NCBI GenBank assembly: GCA_937957895.1
Contig: CALFEZ010000308.1
Location: 1 to 37,456, forward strand
DNA: 37,456 nucleotides
Source of the DNA: an uncultured Erysipelotrichaceae bacterium
Lineage (GTDB): Bacteria > Bacillota_I > Bacilli_A > Erysipelotrichales > Erysipelotrichaceae
Direction: 5' to 3'
A model generated the notes under the pieces. The model searched no databases, was not told the origin of the DNA, and saw only the letters and a program-made list of their open reading frames with translations. Shown here one piece after another: positions 21,129 through 28,804 of the stretch. Numbering within the stretch: the stretch's first letter is position 1; every line of letters begins with the position of its first letter. Position numbers and translations under genes: made by a program.

Positions 21129-21725
21129 ATGTACCCCAAAACATTTGAGAAATTGATTGAGGAACTGAAGAAGTTCCCAGGAGTTGGAAGTAAAACTGCG
21201 GAAAGATACGCATTTGATTTGCTGGATCGTTCCGATGAGGATATAGATGGATTGATATCGGTTTTGAATGAGGCAAAAGAAACACTCAAACCTTGCTCTA
21301 TCTGTGGAAACATAGCAAGCGGCGAGTTGTGTCCCATCTGCGAAAACAAAAACAGAGACAGTTCATTGATTTGTGTTGTTTCTTACCCTAAAGACATCAT
21401 AGCGATGGAGAAAATGGGGAAATACTATGGTCTGTACCATGTGTTGAATGGTGTCATATCAACATTTAAAGGTATTCTACCGGAAGATATCAATATTTCT
21501 TCCTTGATAGAACGAGTAGATGATTCTATCAAAGAAATCATCATTGCAACAAACCCAACACTTGAAGGCGAAACGACAGCCCAGTATATTGCAAGAAGAC
21601 TCAAAGATAAAGAGGTGGTGATAACGAGGTTGGCTTCAGGTTTACCTATGGGTGGAATGCTTGATTACGCAGATGAATTGACACTTATAAAAGCAATGGA
21701 GGGGAGAAAGAAGATAGAACTATGA
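21129..21725 (+). CDS. recR: Recombination protein RecR
   Basis: HhH N-terminus (PGVGSKTAERYAF), C4 zinc finger CSICGN...CPIC and a Toprim domain. Confidence 0.96.
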   Translation: MYPKTFEKLIEELKKFPGVGSKTAERYAFDLLDRSDEDIDGLISVLNEAKETLKPCSICGNIASGELCPICENKNRDSSLICVVSYPKDIIAMEKMGKYYGLYHVLNGVISTFKGILPEDINISSLIERVDDSIKEIIIATNPTLEGETTAQYIARRLKDKEVVITRLASGLPMGGMLDYADELTLIKAMEGRKKIEL

Positions 21726-23386
21726 AAACAGACATCCAAATAGCACAAGAAAATCACATGGAGCCTATCGAGAAGATAGCCCGAAAAGCAAAAATCGACA
21801 TGGAGTACATCGAGCTTTATGGAAAACATAAAGCTAAAGTAGATTTAAAGATTTTCGAAAAGATCGAGACAAACAAAGATGGGAAGCTCATATTGGTTAC
21901 AGCGATCAGTCCGACCAAAGCAGGAGAAGGCAAATCAACAACTACAGTTGGTTTGTGCGACGGGTTGAGCATGCTCAACAAAATGGTTATAGGAACGTTA
22001 AGAGAACCATCTCTGGGACCGGTATTTGGGGTAAAAGGCGGAGCAACAGGAGGTGGATTTGCCCAGGTTGTGCCTATGGAGGACATCAACCTGCATTTTA
22101 ATGGGGATATCCATGCCGTAACAACAGCCAACAACCTAATTTGTGCAGCGATCGATAATCATATCTACCATGGCAATGCACTAAAGATCGACCCGGAAAA
22201 CATCGTGTTTAAAAGAGCTATGGACATGAATGACAGAGCTCTAAGAAGTATTACGGTTGCTCAGGATGATAGAAAAGCGATACCTCGTCATGATGGATTC
22301 AACATCACGGTTGCATCAGAAATCATGGCTATTCTATGCTTATCCAATTCGCTCCAAGATTTCAAGCAACGTGTTGAGCGAGTTGTCGTGGCATTTTCAT
22401 TGGAAAATGAACCAATTACAGTCAAAGATCTTCAAGTAGCAGGGGCTGTGACCATGATCGTGAAGGAAGCAATCAAACCAAATTTGGTTCAGACACTCGA
22501 AAAAACACCGATTTTGATTCATGGTGGACCATTTGCCAACATTGCTCACGGATGTAACTCGATCATAGCTACCAAAATGGCATTGAAGCTGGCTGATTTT
22601 GTCGTTACAGAAGCAGGATTTGGTGCTGATTTGGGTGCTCAAAAGTTCATGGACATCAAGTGTCCGACAGCAGGAATCTCACCTGATGCGGTCGTGTTGG
22701 TTGCGACAATAAGAGCTTTGAAGCTTCATGGTGGCATGCCTGTCGACCAATTAAAAGAAGAAGATATCGATGCTTTGGAAAAAGGAATCGAGAATCTTCA
22801 AAAACACATTGAAACGATAAGAAAGTATCGTGTTCCAGTAGTGGTTTCGGTCAATCGATTCGTTTCAGATACACATACTGAACTTCAGTGGATCCAAAAA
22901 TGGTGTTATGAGAATGATGTTGAGATGGTACTGAATGAATCATGGGCCAAAGGGGGAGCAGGAGCTTTGAAATTGGCTGAAAAGATCATCAGTGTATGCG
23001 AGAAAGAAAAGACTTTTGTTCCTTTGTTACTTAAAAAAGAAACATTGGCCGAAAAAATCGAGACGATCGCAACCGAAGTGTATGGAGCAGACGGGGTTCA
23101 ATATTCTGAAAAAGCTCTTAAGCAACTTGAAGAGTTCAAAAACCATGGTTGGAACAATCTAAAAGTTTGTATGGCGAAAAATCAGTATTCGTTGACAGAC
23201 GATCCAAAAAAACTTGGTAGACCAAGAGGATTCAACATACACATAAGAGAGCTTAGGATAAGCGCTGGAGCTGGTTTCGTTGTCGTTTTGACATCGGATG
23301 TCATGACAATGCCAGGTTTGCCTAAAGAACCAGCAGCAAACCGCATGGGGATCGACGAAAAAGGGAATATGTTTGGATTGTTCTAA
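21722..23386 (+). CDS. fhs: Formate--tetrahydrofolate ligase
   Basis: 554 aa with the FTHFS signature PTKAGEGKSTTTVGL and a conserved C-terminus (...MPGLPKEPAA..). Overlaps the recR stop (ATGA). Confidence 0.97.
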   Translation: MKTDIQIAQENHMEPIEKIARKAKIDMEYIELYGKHKAKVDLKIFEKIETNKDGKLILVTAISPTKAGEGKSTTTVGLCDGLSMLNKMVIGTLREPSLGPVFGVKGGATGGGFAQVVPMEDINLHFNGDIHAVTTANNLICAAIDNHIYHGNALKIDPENIVFKRAMDMNDRALRSITVAQDDRKAIPRHDGFNITVASEIMAILCLSNSLQDFKQRVERVVVAFSLENEPITVKDLQVAGAVTMIVKEAIKPNLVQTLEKTPILIHGGPFANIAHGCNSIIATKMALKLADFVVTEAGFGADLGAQKFMDIKCPTAGISPDAVVLVATIRALKLHGGMPVDQLKEEDIDALEKGIENLQKHIETIRKYRVPVVVSVNRFVSDTHTELQWIQKWCYENDVEMVLNESWAKGGAGALKLAEKIISVCEKEKTFVPLLLKKETLAEKIETIATEVYGADGVQYSEKALKQLEEFKNHGWNNLKVCMAKNQYSLTDDPKKLGRPRGFNIHIRELRISAGAGFVVVLTSDVMTMPGLPKEPAANRMGIDEKGNMFGLF

Positions 23387-23411
23387 GAATCATTGAGGAG
23401 GTAACCACTCA

Positions 23412-24335
23412 ATGGCCTCAATTGTCTATGTTTCAGACAAAAAAATGATTGAATACCACAGACTTAACGGAAACCAAACAATGAATTTCTGGCGATTGTC
23501 GAGTCAGAAGAAGTTCACTCATTTTTATGCTGGCGATTATCTCTTTTTTCTGGCGAAAGGGACCGAGCATCGGGTGACCAAAGAAAAGGGAATCATAGGA
23601 TATGGAAAATTCCAGCATTCAAAAACGATGACATTGACACAAATGTGGAATCAATATGGAGGGCTGAACGGTTTTAGCAGCAAAAGCGAGTTCAAAGAGG
23701 CGGTGCTGAAATTATCTAAGACAAAAACAATCCCTAAGTCGATGCATAGTCTGTATTTGACAGAGATTATCTTCTTTAGCTATCCTATCTACTTAAGTGA
23801 GATCGATATCTTTATATCAAATAGTCTTGAAAGCTATACTTATTTGGATAGACATGGTGTCAGTGCAACGGTAAGGCTATTAAAAAAGGCACAAGAAGTA
23901 GGGATTGACTCATGGCAGGCTGCCATTGATGAAGATGTCAATCAAGAGATATTCAAAAACGATCTTCAAAGCCATGTTTTGGCACATTGCATCAACCAGG
24001 TATTCCCAACAGATGCTCCTATACCAAAAGTATTCAAACGCTTTATCGAATCTAAAGAACGTAGAAGCACCGAACATATCAAAGGTGGGAAATCGGTGTT
24101 GTATGATCACCCAAAAAGAGAAGTCATTTTTGCATTTGAAAGCAGAGGAAAACAGAAGGAAGAAGCTTTCTATTCACTGGTGGGAAAGATTGCAGCAGTG
24201 TCACAGATCATAAATAACACCCAGGAGTTAAAAGACATAGCATTTCATTATAGAGTGATCACTGATCAGATTCTTGAAAACGATAAACTCAACATACTGA
24301 ATTATTTGGGTGTCCACACTGAAATGATTGAATAA
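23412..24335 (+). CDS. Hypothetical protein of 307 aa. The N-terminal ~135 aa resemble a PUA-like reader module seen at the N-terminus of some HNH-nuclease proteins. The C-terminal half is unassigned.
   Basis: Long ORF with a GAGGAGG SD (23395-23401) and a downstream terminator. The family assignment is from recalled motif patterns only (NFW..S...F....GD.LFFL.K.....I.GYGKF......W..YGG.NG.SS..EF). Confidence 0.7.
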   Translation: MASIVYVSDKKMIEYHRLNGNQTMNFWRLSSQKKFTHFYAGDYLFFLAKGTEHRVTKEKGIIGYGKFQHSKTMTLTQMWNQYGGLNGFSSKSEFKEAVLKLSKTKTIPKSMHSLYLTEIIFFSYPIYLSEIDIFISNSLESYTYLDRHGVSATVRLLKKAQEVGIDSWQAAIDEDVNQEIFKNDLQSHVLAHCINQVFPTDAPIPKVFKRFIESKERRSTEHIKGGKSVLYDHPKREVIFAFESRGKQKEEAFYSLVGKIAAVSQIINNTQELKDIAFHYRVITDQILENDKLNILNYLGVHTEMIE

Positions 24336-24338
24336 TGA

Positions 24339-24370
24339 ACAAAGCCAACCCGGCTTTGTTTTTATTTATC
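24339..24370 (+). terminator. Rho-independent terminator ending the dnaX-recR-fhs-ORF307 unit
   Basis: ACAAAGCC-aaccc-GGCTTTGT followed by TTTTTATTTAT. Confidence 0.7.
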
Positions 24371-24451
24371 CTAATATAACACTGATAGACGTAATAATCT
24401 ATGCTTATCTGAATGTTTGATGGTGATATCTGATCTGAAAGGATAGTCATC

Positions 24452-24493
24452 AAAAGAAAAAAGATGAATCGATACGATAGATCAAGATTCATC
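24452..24493 (-). terminator. Rho-independent terminator of the CYTH gene
   Basis: Minus-strand GATGAATC-(15 nt loop)-GATTCATC followed by TTTTTTCTTTTG. Confidence 0.6.
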
Positions 24494-24505
24494 AAATGGT
24501 TATTG

Positions 24506-25048
24506 TTATTCACTTATTTCATTCAATAGACGTATGAATTTTGATTGGCAAGGATCAAATGGGATATCCCATTTCTTCAAAAACTCAAGAAAGTGTTCTT
24601 TCTTATCGAACAAACCATCTTTGAGTTCATATTCCAACTCAACGTCCGACGTGTACTTAAACACATTGAAATCCAGACACCATTGGCCAAACTCATCGTC
24701 AAGGACATAACGATAAGTGATCGTAGAACCAATCGCTACCATTTTGGTGTTGTCAGTATACTCTTTGACAAACTCGAGGATTTTCGGATTGTCGATGCGA
24801 GTATCATCAAGATCGAATTCTACCTCTCTCAAACCTTCCTTTGTGTCAAATTTTGCAGTGAAAACATGAGAATCTTTTCTTGAACGAATCCTCATCACGA
24901 TCCTGTTTGACCCAAAATAGTAATCATCCGTGTCTATATAGAGGTTTTTTTGCTTACCAAGATACTCAAAAAGACCTGTCGCAAGTAGTTGAGTGGCTTT
25001 ATTATGACTGATAAGTGTTTTGTACTCTATTTCGAGTTTTCCCTTCAT
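24506..25048 (-). CDS. CYTH-domain protein (triphosphate tunnel metalloenzyme, YjbK-like)
   Basis: 180 aa. N-terminal EIEYK (ExExK) signature with alternating acidic and basic beta-strand pattern (RIRSR, ELEYE). Confidence 0.82.
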   Translation of the reverse strand: MKGKLEIEYKTLISHNKATQLLATGLFEYLGKQKNLYIDTDDYYFGSNRIVMRIRSRKDSHVFTAKFDTKEGLREVEFDLDDTRIDNPKILEFVKEYTDNTKMVAIGSTITYRYVLDDEFGQWCLDFNVFKYTSDVELEYELKDGLFDKKEHFLEFLKKWDIPFDPCQSKFIRLLNEISE

Positions 25049-25068
25049 AGTAGCTTTCCTCAGTATTA

Positions 25069-25077
25069 TGATACAAT
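25069..25077 (+). promoter_or_regulatory. Extended -10 element (TGaTACAAT), candidate nadK promoter
   Basis: TGn-TACAAT, 29 nt upstream of the ATG at 25106. Confidence 0.45.
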
Positions 25078-25105
25078 AGAGTTATCAAAAATGAAAGGTA
25101 TTTAC

Positions 25106-25888
25106 ATGAAGCGTTTTTACATATCCGCCAAGAGCGATGACGTGTCACATGCTTTGAATGAGAAACTAAAAACAGCATTGTTTGCACAAGGTTGGCTCTT
25201 TGATGAGGAAGAGCCTGACATCGTGTTCACCATTGGAGGAGACGGTACTTTTTTGCATGCTGTTCATAAATACCTTACAAAATTGAGCAAAACACAACTA
25301 GTAGGGATCCATACGGGGACACTTGGTTTTTACACAGATTATGAAGCGGATGAGATTGATCAACTGATAGAAGATGTCGTCAACAAAGAACCTCAAGTCG
25401 AAGAAATCAGAATGTTGAAGATCACAGCAAAAAACGGGAAAATATTGAAAAACCTATACGCCCTTAACGAAGCTCGAGTAGAAAACATCATTAAAACTCA
25501 AACCATCCATGTATCGATCGATGGAGAGTATTTAGAGAAGTTCAGAGGAAATGGATTGTGTGTAAGTGCTCAGGCAGGATCTACAGCTTATAATCGTTCC
25601 ATCAATGGAGCCGTAATGTCCGTTGGGATCGAAGGGCTTCAGCTGACCGAGATCTCAGGGATACATCACCGTGCATCTCGCTCATTGGGATCTCCGTTGA
25701 TCGTATCAAGTAAAAGTAAAATCGATTTTCGAAGTGATTCATTCCATAATGCTGTTTTGTGTTATGACTATAAACATATCAATATCGATGATTTGACAGA
25801 GATTTCAATCGTTTTAAGCAATAAAAAGGTCAAAATCGCACGATTTAGACCCACTTCATATATAAGAAGACTGCAAAGCCTTTTCTAA
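25106..25888 (+). CDS. nadK: NAD kinase
   Basis: GGDGTFL motif, NE..VEN region and STAYNRS motif. Start trimmed to the ATG at 25106 (AAAGG 7 nt upstream), giving 260 aa. The ATG at 25091 is an alternative. Confidence 0.92.
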   Translation: MKRFYISAKSDDVSHALNEKLKTALFAQGWLFDEEEPDIVFTIGGDGTFLHAVHKYLTKLSKTQLVGIHTGTLGFYTDYEADEIDQLIEDVVNKEPQVEEIRMLKITAKNGKILKNLYALNEARVENIIKTQTIHVSIDGEYLEKFRGNGLCVSAQAGSTAYNRSINGAVMSVGIEGLQLTEISGIHHRASRSLGSPLIVSSKSKIDFRSDSFHNAVLCYDYKHINIDDLTEISIVLSNKKVKIARFRPTSYIRRLQSLF

Positions 25889-27075
25889 TGCATCGTTCTG
25901 CTGTGGTTTTCACTGCTCATATGATAGATGATCGCAAGCGGGATCATATATGATAGCAACGATGAACCTCCGGCTGATATCAAAGGCAATGTGATCCCGG
26001 TAATGGGCAGGATCCCAACGATCATGCCCATATTTTGAAATTGCTGGAAAAACAGCATCCCAAGCAATCCCGCAACCATATACTGTTCTTTTGGTCTGTC
26101 AGATTTCAATGCTACTGATAATAGTTTGAGGTTGAACAACAAACTGATGAAAATCACGGTAGAAGCCCCAATAAACCCATAGTTTTTCGCGATCACTGCA
26201 AAAATGAAATCATTCTGAGGTTCAGCAAAAGAAATCATGGTTGCCTGCGCTCCATGACCTGTAAGACCAGCTGAACCAACAGCCAATAAAGAAGTGTATA
26301 ATTGACTTCCCCAGGTAAGGATGTGCTTTTCAGTGTCCAGCCACCCGTAAAAACGCTTTAGCTTGTATGGAGCTCCCAATATCCTTGCCAGAATATCAGG
26401 ATGGTATTCGTATAAGAACAATGTTCCACCGATCAATACCACCAGCGATATCAATCCGAAGAAAATCCAAAAAGGCTTGATCTGAGATATCGCAAGCATG
26501 GCTAATATCGATATGAAGATCACTATAGGAATACCGGTGTCAGGCTGCATCACGATCAAGATCAAAGGTAAAGCTACGACTTTTCCTATTTTGTAGAAAA
26601 GCAGCAAATCATCTTTAATAGACATTTTGGTTTTGAACTCGTTATGTTCATGGATGATGTTGGCACTAAGCAAGATCAAAACGATCTTCATAAACTCACT
26701 GGGTTGTATCGTACCGATCCCGGGCAGGATAAACCATGCACGACTTCCATTGATGGGGGTGACAAATGGAACATTGACATAGAAATCCAATATAAGGATG
26801 GCCAACATGACCAATAAGATCCAATAGAACACTTTCACACCAGTAAAAAGCCTGTCGATCCCAAAATAAAGCAAAAAAGCAAGCAAAGAAAATCCAAGTA
26901 GGTACCAGATTCCTTGTTTGATCAAAATCGAACGACCATCGATCCAGCTTGGAGTGATGGGTATGGAACCATAAATAGCAACAAGGCTGATGATCGCCAT
27001 CGCAATCAACAAAACAGTCAGCCATGGATCAAGTCTGAATGGTTTGCTGGAACGTGATGGTTTGGTGATCGTCAT
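25885..27075 (-). CDS. SEDS-family peptidoglycan glycosyltransferase (FtsW/RodA/SpoVE family)
   Basis: 396 aa with about 10 TM helices. Conserved motifs QPSEFMK, MQPDTG and LPLISAGGSS. SD GAAGGGA. Confidence 0.9.
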   Translation of the reverse strand: MTITKPSRSSKPFRLDPWLTVLLIAMAIISLVAIYGSIPITPSWIDGRSILIKQGIWYLLGFSLLAFLLYFGIDRLFTGVKVFYWILLVMLAILILDFYVNVPFVTPINGSRAWFILPGIGTIQPSEFMKIVLILLSANIIHEHNEFKTKMSIKDDLLLFYKIGKVVALPLILIVMQPDTGIPIVIFISILAMLAISQIKPFWIFFGLISLVVLIGGTLFLYEYHPDILARILGAPYKLKRFYGWLDTEKHILTWGSQLYTSLLAVGSAGLTGHGAQATMISFAEPQNDFIFAVIAKNYGFIGASTVIFISLLFNLKLLSVALKSDRPKEQYMVAGLLGMLFFQQFQNMGMIVGILPITGITLPLISAGGSSLLSYMIPLAIIYHMSSENHSRTMH

Positions 27076-27152
27076 ATGGTATCCCTTCAGTGAGTATTAC
27101 CCTTATTGCTACTAAATGGGTATAATGATATCATAGAATTCGAGGTGATTGC

Positions 27153-28739
27153 ATGCAAAGATGGCACTCATTATTAGATATTATATCATTTCCGTTAAAA
27201 GTGTTGTTTTTTGCAACGATATTGATGGGTTTTGGCGGATTGTTGCTCAATCCTAATCTTAGAACGATATTCGTGATTGAGAGCCAATTAATTATATCAT
27301 TTGCGGAGTTATTACGCTATTTTGGAAGTGTTACTATTTCATATTTCCCATTGTTGGTCATGATCAAAGCACTTTCAAAACGTTTCAGTGAGTCAGTTCC
27401 TGTTTTTGTTGGGATTTTAGCTTACTTTGTATTTAACATTACAACGATCTTTTTCTCAAAAGCAAATCTACCAGCATCAGCTTATTCATCTGTATTGGGT
27501 TTGCAAGTCAATCTGTCTCAGTTGGCTGTTGAAGGTTCAGGGATCAAAATGCCACTGCACACAGGATTCATCGCTGCCATCATCGTTATTCTCATAACAA
27601 GATTCTCATATAGAAGCAGCCGACGTGCAAGCACATACGGAATACTATCCTTTATTGATAAAGATATGTGGTCTGTGATCTATACAATCATTTTGAGCAT
27701 TGTCTCAGGCATCATGATCTCATATGTTTGGCCACTGATCATATCAGCATTCACTTTTATTTTCGGCTTTATTGCAAGTGACATTACCAATCCGATGAGC
27801 TTGTTCGTTTATGGGATCACTGATCGGTTTTTGGCTGGATTAAGTTTATCCCAGCTGATTCGCGTACCTTTCTGGTTTGGGATTCAAGGTGGAAGCTGGA
27901 TCAGTCCAACCGGTGTTAGTTATTTTGGGGATGTGTCTATTTGGACACAGCAAGTAGCTATCGGCATGATACCAAGAGGATTCGGCCGATTGATAACACC
28001 TTATTATATACTTAATCTATTTGCGATCCCGGCATTTGTAATGGCGACATTTCAAACTTTTACCGATAAATTCGAAAGAAGAAGATATCGAGGATTTATC
28101 GTGATAGCTGTCATGATTTCGGTGATCATCGGGATGCTTTTCCCATTTGAGATGTTCCTTCTGTTCTTTGCTCCGGTAATCTACATCGTCCATATCTTTT
28201 TTACAGGAGTGTTGTTTGCCACTTTTGAGGCATTTGGCGTGTCGTTGGGATATACATTTACTGGACTTGATGCAGTCGGGACACCTGCAAGCATTGTCGA
28301 TCTGCTCATCTTTGTAAGAAACCCCGGTATGCAGTCCACCATGGTGCTGATCTTGATCGTTGGCATAATGACGTTTGTTTTCTACTTTCTTCTATCCAGG
28401 ATCTATTTCAACTATCTTGCTTATGACATGATGAACACCGGCAAAACACAAAAAACCATCGAAGAACTGTTGACTGTTTTTGGTGGTATCGACAACATCC
28501 GGATGGTGCATAGCTCATTGTATCGTGTCACGATCTTGCCAATCAAAAAAGCAAAAGTGGATTTTAGTTTGTCTGATCTTGAAGGAGTAACAAAGATCAT
28601 TGAAGGAAAAACGGGATATTCGCTCACATATGGATCAGGTTCATACATCATCCGCACAGCAATGATCAAAAAAATAAAAGAACACCAAAAACAGCTGCTT
28701 GAAGCAAAGAAACTCAAAAGCCAAATAGAGGACGTGTGA
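27153..28739 (+). CDS. PTS glucose-family EIIC-EIIB-like membrane protein with degenerate catalytic motifs
   Basis: 528 aa. Polytopic N-terminal ~430 aa with an EIIC-like ...PFEMFLLFFAPVIYIVH... segment. The C-terminal EIIB-like domain reads LLTVFGGIDNIRMVHSSLYRVTI, where canonical proteins have GG..NI....HC.TRLR. Confidence 0.7.
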   Translation: MQRWHSLLDIISFPLKVLFFATILMGFGGLLLNPNLRTIFVIESQLIISFAELLRYFGSVTISYFPLLVMIKALSKRFSESVPVFVGILAYFVFNITTIFFSKANLPASAYSSVLGLQVNLSQLAVEGSGIKMPLHTGFIAAIIVILITRFSYRSSRRASTYGILSFIDKDMWSVIYTIILSIVSGIMISYVWPLIISAFTFIFGFIASDITNPMSLFVYGITDRFLAGLSLSQLIRVPFWFGIQGGSWISPTGVSYFGDVSIWTQQVAIGMIPRGFGRLITPYYILNLFAIPAFVMATFQTFTDKFERRRYRGFIVIAVMISVIIGMLFPFEMFLLFFAPVIYIVHIFFTGVLFATFEAFGVSLGYTFTGLDAVGTPASIVDLLIFVRNPGMQSTMVLILIVGIMTFVFYFLLSRIYFNYLAYDMMNTGKTQKTIEELLTVFGGIDNIRMVHSSLYRVTILPIKKAKVDFSLSDLEGVTKIIEGKTGYSLTYGSGSYIIRTAMIKKIKEHQKQLLEAKKLKSQIEDV

Positions 28740-28775
28740 TCACGTTCTTTTTTGATAATGGCATGTGAATGTGTA

Positions 28776-28784
28776 TGATATAAT
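28776..28784 (+). promoter_or_regulatory. Extended -10 element (TGaTATAAT), candidate mutS operon promoter
   Basis: Canonical TGnTATAAT, 21 nt upstream of the mutS ATG. TTGATA at 28752-28757 is too far away (21 nt) to be a good -35. Confidence 0.5.
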
Positions 28785-28804
28785 ACTGTTATTCGCGAGG
28801 GATT

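Noticed and set aside
24289-24513. 74-aa minus-strand ORF in the convergent spacer between ORF307 and the CYTH gene
   Set aside because: It overlaps the 3' ends of both flanking genes and both terminator hairpins. It has no SD and a poly-Asn, low-complexity start.
28725-28760. Terminator after the PTS-like gene (ACGTG-tgat-CACGT followed by TCTTTTTT)
   Set aside because: The stem is only 5-6 bp and overlaps the stop codon. It is too weak to annotate confidently, so read-through into mutS cannot be excluded.
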